From an uncultured Bacilli bacterium (GTDB lineage Bacteria > Bacillota_I > Bacilli_A > RF39 > UBA660): 64,000 nt of DNA. This document shows, piece after piece, positions 57,918 to 64,000 of the stretch. Below the pieces are notes generated by a model. It worked only from the letters and a program-made list of their open reading frames with translations, did no database searches and had not been told where the DNA came from. Both the position numbers and the translations under genes were made by a program. Positions within the stretch are counted from its first letter, which is position 1, and each line of letters begins with the position of its first letter. The stretch spans positions 2,028 through 66,027 of the forward strand of contig CANQSL010000003.1 in NCBI GenBank assembly GCA_947626515.1. Reading direction: 5' to 3'.

Positions 57918-59717
57918 TTACAAGCCTCCACCAGATCCAAATGAATCTAATTCATCTTGAGTTACAACAACATTTATTCTCATCCTTCTACTTCCGCAAA
58001 CAAACAAAGCTTCTCCTTGACTATAACTTTTTATGCTTTCTTTTTCATTATCATTCAAATCTATTAATTTAGATAAATCTTCAACTGCTTGTTTTTTTAA
58101 TCCCATTACTAAATAATAAGAAGCATTATCAAAAATTGCTTTACCATGAGTTATTATATTTTCAGCAGCAAAATCTGTAGGCTGTTGAGTAATAATAATA
58201 GTACCTGTATTATATTTTCTACTACGTCTTTGCATTTGTGCTAAAAATTCAGCGCCTAACTCATTTCTTCCTCCTAATAATACATGTGCTTCATCCACCA
58301 TTAATACAGTATTTACACCTGAATCTAAGCAAAGACCCCATGCATATTTTAAAATATTAAAGAACAAAGCATTTCTAATGGATTCTTCACTATTCATAAG
58401 TTCTTTTATATTAAATACCATAAAATCACTATCTTGAGTAATAGATGTATGTCCATTAAAATAATATCTAAGTTCTCTTACAAAAGGTCTAATTTTTAAC
58501 TCCAATCTTTCCATTACGTCTTTTTCACGTGTTGCTTCTGGCATAGATAAAAGTCTTCCTTTTATAGTACTATAAACATCATCAAATGTTGGATAATCTT
58601 TTGAAGTAAAATTAGTAAAATCAGTATTAAAATCTATATTAAATCTCTTATATGTATCTTGAAGAACATCACTAAACATTCCTAAAACATCATCTTCAAT
58701 ATCAGGACTATAATATTTTAAGAAAGCTTTAATAGATTGTAAAGTTCTAGTTAAAACTGGATATCCTACTCCTTGCTTAATATCTTCTTCATCGACATCT
58801 ACTATAACTTCTAAAGGGTTGATAATTCCAAAAGTTCCACCTTTACCTAAATCTATAAAATCTCCACCAAAAGTTTTAGTCATTTCTTCTAACTCACCTT
58901 CAGGATCGATACATATTATTTGACAACCATTTCTAATGTGAGTTCTAAGCATTAATTTAGCTGCTGTTGATTTACCACTACCAGAAGTACCTAAAATAAT
59001 TAAATTTGCATTATTTCTATTAAATTCTTTTTTAGTTTGATATAAAAATTGATTAAATAATACAACACCGCCTGAAAAATCTACTCCTAGAAGTGTTGGT
59101 GCAGTAAACTCTCCACCTGGATCTTTAATGCTATCAAATACAAAAGGATACATTGCTGCAATAGTTGGACTTGGGATTGGAATTCCAACTCTCTCTTCTA
59201 TATCTTGTTTTGGGAATATTGGAATCATTGATTTCAATACTTTTTGTTGTTCAAACATCATAGGAATTCCATGCATTCCCAATGCATCCAAATAGTTTCT
59301 TATTTGCATTTTTTTCATTTCAAGATCTTCTTTATTATCCGCACTCAACATGATGTGCATTTGAAAATCAAAAATTCTAGATTGTGTTGCAGCAAGCATA
59401 GATACAAAGTTATCTAATGATTCATAGTCTTGACGAATACTTTCTTGCATAGTTCTATCATTTTCATGTTGATATCTCTCTTTTAAATCAGCAGTCTCTT
59501 TATTAATCATTTTTCTCATTACTTCAAATTGTATTGGAATATGTTTAACAACTACTTTAACACCAGGCATATTAGTTATATTAGAAAGAAATCCTGGTCC
59601 AATTAATTTAGGATAATCAATTACAGTTAAAATAGTACAATATTTATCACTAATTATAAAAGAATTGACACCAAAATCTACCCCTTTAGGTGCAATTTCA
59701 CTTTTTAGACTAGACAT
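57918..59717 (-). CDS. VirB4-family conjugation ATPase, C-terminal 599-aa part
   Basis: Walker A LIILGTSGSGKST and Walker B VLMVDEAHVLL, plus the YPKLIGPGFL region typical of Gram-positive VirB4 (TcpF/PrgJ/Orf16-like). Confidence 0.85.
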   Translation of the reverse strand: MSSLKSEIAPKGVDFGVNSFIISDKYCTILTVIDYPKLIGPGFLSNITNMPGVKVVVKHIPIQFEVMRKMINKETADLKERYQHENDRTMQESIRQDYESLDNFVSMLAATQSRIFDFQMHIMLSADNKEDLEMKKMQIRNYLDALGMHGIPMMFEQQKVLKSMIPIFPKQDIEERVGIPIPSPTIAAMYPFVFDSIKDPGGEFTAPTLLGVDFSGGVVLFNQFLYQTKKEFNRNNANLIILGTSGSGKSTAAKLMLRTHIRNGCQIICIDPEGELEEMTKTFGGDFIDLGKGGTFGIINPLEVIVDVDEEDIKQGVGYPVLTRTLQSIKAFLKYYSPDIEDDVLGMFSDVLQDTYKRFNIDFNTDFTNFTSKDYPTFDDVYSTIKGRLLSMPEATREKDVMERLELKIRPFVRELRYYFNGHTSITQDSDFMVFNIKELMNSEESIRNALFFNILKYAWGLCLDSGVNTVLMVDEAHVLLGGRNELGAEFLAQMQRRSRKYNTGTIIITQQPTDFAAENIITHGKAIFDNASYYLVMGLKKQAVEDLSKLIDLNDNEKESIKSYSQGEALFVCGSRRMRINVVVTQDELDSFGSGGGL

Positions 59718-60267
59718 TACTCATCACCGTCCCAAATTCTGTTTTCATATTACCATTAAAGAAACTATCTAAAATTACCCTTAAATCATCATCATTTACT
59801 TGTCTTGAATTTAATCCAGTAGATGCTAAATTACTAATTAAGGTATGTATTCTTTTTTGTAATATTTCTGGTTTTTTATCTCTAAATAATATGAAATATT
59901 CGGTATCAACAGCATTAATTGCAGAACTTCTAAATCTTTCCCCCTTTTCGATATCCTGATTTATTATCTTTCTAATTTGTTGAGTAGCAGCATTGGCATG
60001 CATTAATTGCAATTGTGCCAAATATAAATTTATATCTACTGGTCTATCACAAACAACTAACCAAAACTCATAATCAATAACATTATAAAAATTTCTTAAA
60101 TTAAATATAATATTATTTTGTTCTTGATAATCAAGTATAAATATATTTTTAGGTTCTACTTTAATTCCAGTAACTAAATAATTATTGTCTAACTGTATCA
60201 TTCCATTTCTAATTTGTTTAATAGGAACCCAATCTTCAGCATATTTACTCTCACTTGTCTTTGCCAT
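59710..60267 (-). CDS. VirB4 N-terminal-domain-like protein (separate 185-aa ORF)
   Basis: WVPIKQIRNGMIQLDNNYLVTGIKVEPKNIFILDYQEQNNIIFNLRNF follows the N-terminal pattern of single-chain Firmicute VirB4 proteins. It overlaps the ATPase ORF by 8 nt (ATGTCTAG), with a GGTGAT RBS. Confidence 0.65.
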   Translation of the reverse strand: MAKTSESKYAEDWVPIKQIRNGMIQLDNNYLVTGIKVEPKNIFILDYQEQNNIIFNLRNFYNVIDYEFWLVVCDRPVDINLYLAQLQLMHANAATQQIRKIINQDIEKGERFRSSAINAVDTEYFILFRDKKPEILQKRIHTLISNLASTGLNSRQVNDDDLRVILDSFFNGNMKTEFGTVMSNV

Positions 60268-60565
60268 TTGTACACCAACCTCTCCAATAAAATCTTCTTC
60301 TACTCGTATAATACATATAAATATTTTTTATAAATGTTCTAATATTATGATGATATGGTACTGGAAGTACTAAAAATGAAGCTATTACACCAGGGGATAT
60401 AATAAAGAATGCTTCTTTTAAACTATTAGCTTTAATAGTTAACAGTAATATAAAAGTTAACACTAGCCCTGTACCAAATATTATTAAATCCGTTGGATTA
60501 AAGAAACCAAGTATTAACATTGATTTCTTTGAATTCGCTGGAATCAAATATTGATTATTACCCAT
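60251..60565 (-). CDS. PrgI/VirB3-like two-TM conjugation protein
   Basis: 104 aa with two TM helices (LIIFGTGLVLTFILLL, AFFIISPGVIASFLVL). Lies immediately upstream of VirB4, like Tn916 Orf17 or PrgI. Confidence 0.55.
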   Translation of the reverse strand: MGNNQYLIPANSKKSMLILGFFNPTDLIIFGTGLVLTFILLLTIKANSLKEAFFIISPGVIASFLVLPVPYHHNIRTFIKNIYMYYTSRRRFYWRGWCTNGKDK

Positions 60566-60578
60566 TTTTTATTCCTCC

Positions 60579-62987
60579 TTATTTTTTATCTTTTTGTTCT
60601 TTTTTCTCTTTATTAGCTTGAGCAACATTCATATTATATTTATTATTTTCTTTAACTGATCCTTTAATAGAATCGTTAATTGCATATAACTGTCTGAAAA
60701 TCTCCTTAGATTTTTTATCATATTCAACATCGCTTGGATCAAGTTTTTTAAATTTATCTTGTAATTCTTCATAAAAATCACTTAATTGATCAAAATTTTC
60801 AAACTTTTTATCAATGCCTGCTAATTTTTCTAATCCATCAGAAACTTTAGACAACATTTTATCTGAGAATTCCTTACCCATTGCAGGTAAATTTTTCGAA
60901 AGAGTTTCAAATGCACTTTTGGCAATAACTTCAACACTTCTGCTATCTTTCTTATAATTTTCAGCATAAGCTGATGCAAGCGCACTATTAAATGACTTTT
61001 TAATATCTCCTAACATAGCTTCATGAGAAACAGCTTTAACTACTTTTCCATCTTTATCTCTAGAAACCCAATTATCTCCTTCACGAGTATATTTATAACC
61101 ATCAATACTTATATCTTTTCCTGAATTATAATCTTCTTGAGTCTTTAGATATGCATTTTTAAGAGCTTCAACAACTTTATCAGAAAATTGATTTTCAAAT
61201 TTTTCAAATTGTTTTAAAAGTTCTTCTCCAGCATCTAAGCTTGCTTGACTAGGTCCTTCTCCTTTAATAGCACCCCAGACAGAATCTGCACTATTAGATA
61301 CTCCCGAATAAGCATTCTGCATAGAACCCCAAGCAGAACTTACAACTGGAATTTCATGTCCATTAATAGCACCTTTCTCTCTTGTAGCTTTATGTTTTTC
61401 TCTATTAGTTTGATTATCTTCTGCTGCTCTTAAAATTTCTTGACCAAGTTCACCATCTTGACTATTATAACCTCTAGTAGCACCAGCTCTAGCTCCTCCA
61501 ATTAAACCTCCAGCTCCACTGAATACTCCACCAACTGCAGCACCTGCTGTACGTAAGCCCTTATTATCTTCATCATCGTTTTTAATATTTTTAACGTTTT
61601 GACTAGTATTATATATATTAGAAGCCATCCCTAATGCTCCACCAGATACCATTCCAACTGCACCTTTTGCAACTTTATTTTCATTAAATTGTTTACGTGG
61701 ACTTTTAACTGCAAAGTTTCCTTTTAACGCAAATAAATCTTTAAATAGTGCTGGTGCATCTCCACCAAATTTCAAAATACCTAATATAATTATTGCAGTA
61801 GCCACGGCTTTTACTATAAAATTGTCACTTCCAGAAAAAGTATTGCTAAAGATTGTATCTAACACTCCGGGAACTAAACTTACAGCAAATAGTGCAAAAT
61901 AAATAATTGCTACTCTTATAAAGACATCTAAATATGTATTTCTTAAATGTTCCATCCATTTAGCATATATTTTTTCTTTTTGCCCAGGTATAATTCTCAA
62001 CATAACTGGAATAGGAGCAATCATTTGTAAAAAGCCCAATTTTGCAACACGCACACCAATTTCCATTGCATAACAGAAAAATATATATAATGCCATTCCT
62101 CCTGCTAATATTGCCATAATCCAATGTAATTCAATTTTTTTATCATTTTTAAACTCAGAAACCAAATCTTTTAAATAAGAATCTGAAACAAAAGGTCCTA
62201 CGTTACCAGTGTATTTAGCTGCAGTTACATCATAAAAATAATTTACACATATCTTTTGGTCAGTATCATCTTCAATTCCATCACCAGTTTGAAGATAATT
62301 AACACAGTCGTCAAATGTAAAATTAGTAGGTATATAAAATGCTGAAAAAATTGTTGGTCCTACAGTTCTAGCTCCTCTAACAGATGCTTTCTCTTGTTGA
62401 TAAGCTTTACAACTCTCTGTTAAGAATTTTGTTTTATCTGTTGTAGAATGTATGTTTAAGAAAAAAGATGTATTATTATAAGAATCAAGTTTAAAATCAC
62501 TAAAATCACAAGTACAGTCATAGTCACCTTCTGCACATTGTGAAGGATTATTGGCATCTCCTCCAGAAGAAGAACCAACACCACCAAAAACTATAGTCCC
62601 AATAATATTAGTTTCTAAAACATGTGATTGAAAAATATACAACCAATTAAATACTGTAGGCAAAAGTACAACCATAACTAATGAAATAATTGTTTCCTTA
62701 ACTACAGAAGTCATTCCTCCTGTACCTTTTTTATCTTCTGGATTAATTATAGTAAGAACTAAATTATACGCAAAAATAAATAGCATTGCTATTCCTACTA
62801 CTACATAAATACGTCCTGTAAGTTTTTCTAAAATATCTCTACTAAATAAATTTACACTAGCAACCGATTCAAAAATTCTATATAAAATTCCTATAAAAAC
62901 ATATATACCTTGACATACTAATAACCACATAGTATTCCAAGCTTCTACAAACCAGTTACCTGCAGCAAGTGTAAGAAAACCCATCAT
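60579..62987 (-). CDS. VirB6-like polytopic channel protein with Cys-rich loop and ~330-aa C-terminal soluble domain
   Basis: 802 aa with at least 6 TM helices in the first ~440 aa. Size and position correspond to PrgH/TcpH/Orf15-type proteins. Confidence 0.6.
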   Translation of the reverse strand: MMGFLTLAAGNWFVEAWNTMWLLVCQGIYVFIGILYRIFESVASVNLFSRDILEKLTGRIYVVVGIAMLFIFAYNLVLTIINPEDKKGTGGMTSVVKETIISLVMVVLLPTVFNWLYIFQSHVLETNIIGTIVFGGVGSSSGGDANNPSQCAEGDYDCTCDFSDFKLDSYNNTSFFLNIHSTTDKTKFLTESCKAYQQEKASVRGARTVGPTIFSAFYIPTNFTFDDCVNYLQTGDGIEDDTDQKICVNYFYDVTAAKYTGNVGPFVSDSYLKDLVSEFKNDKKIELHWIMAILAGGMALYIFFCYAMEIGVRVAKLGFLQMIAPIPVMLRIIPGQKEKIYAKWMEHLRNTYLDVFIRVAIIYFALFAVSLVPGVLDTIFSNTFSGSDNFIVKAVATAIIILGILKFGGDAPALFKDLFALKGNFAVKSPRKQFNENKVAKGAVGMVSGGALGMASNIYNTSQNVKNIKNDDEDNKGLRTAGAAVGGVFSGAGGLIGGARAGATRGYNSQDGELGQEILRAAEDNQTNREKHKATREKGAINGHEIPVVSSAWGSMQNAYSGVSNSADSVWGAIKGEGPSQASLDAGEELLKQFEKFENQFSDKVVEALKNAYLKTQEDYNSGKDISIDGYKYTREGDNWVSRDKDGKVVKAVSHEAMLGDIKKSFNSALASAYAENYKKDSRSVEVIAKSAFETLSKNLPAMGKEFSDKMLSKVSDGLEKLAGIDKKFENFDQLSDFYEELQDKFKKLDPSDVEYDKKSKEIFRQLYAINDSIKGSVKENNKYNMNVAQANKEKKEQKDKK

Positions 62988-62994
62988 CTCACCT

Positions 62995-63345
62995 CTAATC
63001 TATACATAAATCACTGCTCAACCCAATAAGATCTAACAATAATTCTAACAATGTTGGCAATAAAAATAAAACAACTGCACATATTACCCTTTTCACAAAA
63101 TTTTGAAAGGCTTTTTTCATATTCTTTTCATCTTTTTGAGTTAAAGCTTTAATAAAATCATAAGTACTTAATCCTATAATTAATAATGGAATAACTATTT
63201 TACAAAAATCAAATAAATACTGTAAATCTGTTCTTAAATTACCTAAACTGTTACAGTTTAATGTATCTGCAAAAACTCTCATTCTATAACTTAACGTTAT
63301 TAAAAATGAAAATACTATATATTTAAACATCTTATTATATTTCAT
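62995..63345 (-). CDS. VirB2/TrbC-like small membrane protein (paralogue 2, with signal peptide)
   Basis: Signal peptide ending VFA/DT. Then a TM helix, a charged loop (TQKDEKNMKKAFQNFVKR) and a second TM helix, which is the pilin-like hairpin topology. Confidence 0.5.
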   Translation of the reverse strand: MKYNKMFKYIVFSFLITLSYRMRVFADTLNCNSLGNLRTDLQYLFDFCKIVIPLLIIGLSTYDFIKALTQKDEKNMKKAFQNFVKRVICAVVLFLLPTLLELLLDLIGLSSDLCID

Positions 63346-63425
63346 AGTTATTCCTCAATCTATAAAAAAGTATTTTACAAATAAAAGTATAACAAAAAAA
63401 TAGACAACTGTAAAGTTGAAAGATA

Positions 63426-63453
63426 TAAAAAAAGCAATAGCTTATACCATTAC
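63426..63453 (-). terminator. possible partial terminator between the two VirB2-like genes
   Basis: On the minus strand, GTAATGG..(TATAAG)..CTATTGC forms a 7-bp stem including 2 G-U pairs. T8 follows. Confidence 0.4.
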
Positions 63454-63457
63454 TTTA

Positions 63458-63817
63458 TTAATTATTTGTTGGACAACTTGAAGGTCTTAAAATACAATTT
63501 TCACAAACTTCAAAATTGCTTCCTTCTTTAGCATCATTATATCCACCTAATAATCCAAATAAGAACATAACTATAGTTGGAATAAAGAATATTACGAAAC
63601 CAGCAACAATTCTAAATATTAATCTTTTTGCCATTTTCTTAGTTTCGTCTTCTTTTTCAGCAACTACTGCCTTTCCAAAATCAAACATTCCTAAAGCAAT
63701 AATAATTAAAGGAATTGCGATCTTAAATACATATAAAACATAACCAACTATTTGTAGCATATCAGGAATTTGAGTACACAATTCAGATATATCTGCTCCT
63801 AAAGTTAATAAATTCAT
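63458..63817 (-). CDS. VirB2/TrbC-like small membrane protein (paralogue 1)
   Basis: TM helix, charged loop (AEKEDETKKMAKR), second TM helix, then a Cys-rich C-terminus (EVCENCILRPSSCP). Collinear with the 62995-63345 product (I.IPL.IIxL..(F/Y)DF.KA). Confidence 0.5.
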   Translation of the reverse strand: MNLLTLGADISELCTQIPDMLQIVGYVLYVFKIAIPLIIIALGMFDFGKAVVAEKEDETKKMAKRLIFRIVAGFVIFFIPTIVMFLFGLLGGYNDAKEGSNFEVCENCILRPSSCPTNN

Positions 63818-63876
63818 AAAATACCTCTTCTTTCTAAATTTATTTTAAAGAAATAAAATAATAATGTCAATAAAAA

Positions 63877-64000
63877 TTAAAACTTTTTACCAAAAAAACC
63901 TTTTTTTTGATTTGAATTTACATCATTTCCACTACCACAACGTCTATATCCTAACTTATTTAATAAATTATCAACACTTACAACAGCATCCAAATTATCT
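63877..64000 (-). CDS. 3' end of an unidentified upstream gene (partial)
   Basis: An open frame enters from the window edge: ...DNLDAVVSVDNLLNKLGYRRCGSGNDVNSNQKKGFFGKKF, with its stop at 63877-63879. Function is unknown. Confidence 0.35.
   Translation of the reverse strand, partial: DNLDAVVSVDNLLNKLGYRRCGSGNDVNSNQKKGFFGKKF

Larger units (their letters stand above)
49894..64000 (-). mobile_element. type IV secretion (conjugative transfer) gene module of a Gram-positive ICE or integrated plasmid, partial
   Basis: A single co-directional, tightly spaced cluster. It encodes VirB2-like (x2), VirB6-like, PrgI/VirB3-like, VirB4 (two ORFs), cell-wall hydrolases, VirB8/TcpC-like (x2), a lipoprotein and a VirD4-type coupling protein. 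No relaxase, integrase or att sites lie in the window, and the cluster continues past 64000. Confidence 0.7.

Noticed and set aside
59700-59725. Calling the split VirB4 a frameshifted pseudogene
   Set aside because: The junction has a proper RBS (GGTGAT) and an ATG overlapping the upstream stop by 8 nt. There is no homopolymer at the site that would suggest slippage or a sequencing error. I therefore kept it as a finding (a probable genuine split) rather than annotating a pseudogene.
760-63743. Remaining short opposite-strand ORFs from the track (760-963, 6283-6486, 10626-10823, 13215-13427, 16572-16838, 23766-23951, 24804-25061, 44254-44478, 50030-50278, 52909-53196, 56971-57186, 60185-60373, 61245-61433, 63516-63743)
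   Set aside because: Each is nested antisense within a longer ORF that has family motifs or operon context. None has a convincing RBS or a recognisable product.
1-64000. Search for CRISPR arrays, tRNA or rRNA genes, IS elements and integrase/transposase genes
   Set aside because: I saw no regularly spaced direct repeats. The intergenic regions contain no cloverleaf-capable GC-rich ~75-nt segments. No ORF has recombinase (R..H..R..Y), DDE or serine-recombinase motifs.

Overview
Very AT-rich Bacillota (Firmicutes-type) chromosomal segment, almost entirely transcribed on the minus strand. No rRNA, tRNA or CRISPR array was found.

Core region (1 to ~40.1 kb), listed by ascending coordinate:
- tdk (partial), a GDPD phosphodiesterase, and rplU-prp-rpmA.
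- Three family-2 glycosyltransferases. Two of them share a recent ~410-nt duplication.
- tyrS under T-box control, and a glucosaminidase-like protein.
- comEC, two tandem comEA paralogues, yebC, a patatin-like lipase, and a P-type ATPase.
- sigE, spoIIGA, ftsZ and ftsA (transcribed ftsA-ftsZ-spoIIGA-sigE), an arrangement typical of endospore formers.
- A surface protein with a sortase-type signal.
- A MurT/GatD-like pair whose catalytic residues look substituted.
- A PilC/PilD pair with no other pilus genes nearby.
- A complete alpha-spc-S10 ribosomal cluster (rplQ to rpsJ, including the unlisted rpmJ). There is no rpmD.

Accessory region (~40.4 to 64 kb):
- (a) A membrane-anchored amidase-domain protein.
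- (b) A tightly coupled seven-gene operon at 41794-48859 with no recognisable precedent. It encodes a coiled-coil protein ending in a RelE/ParE-like fold, a 64-aa HTH protein, three proteins built from a shared helical-repeat motif, and two paralogous ~585-aa polytopic membrane proteins. A GtrB/CsbB-like GT2 is transcribed divergently from it.
- (c) A Gram-positive type IV secretion (conjugation) module at 49894 to beyond 64000. It contains two VirB2-like small proteins, VirB6-like and PrgI/VirB3-like proteins, a VirB4 split into two ORFs, an M23+GH24 hydrolase, two VirB8/TcpC-like proteins, an NlpC/P60 protein, a lipoprotein and a VirD4-type coupling protein. No relaxase or integrase lies inside the window.

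The seven-gene operon is my best candidate for an undescribed system. All functional calls rest on motif reading by eye, and none were database-verified.
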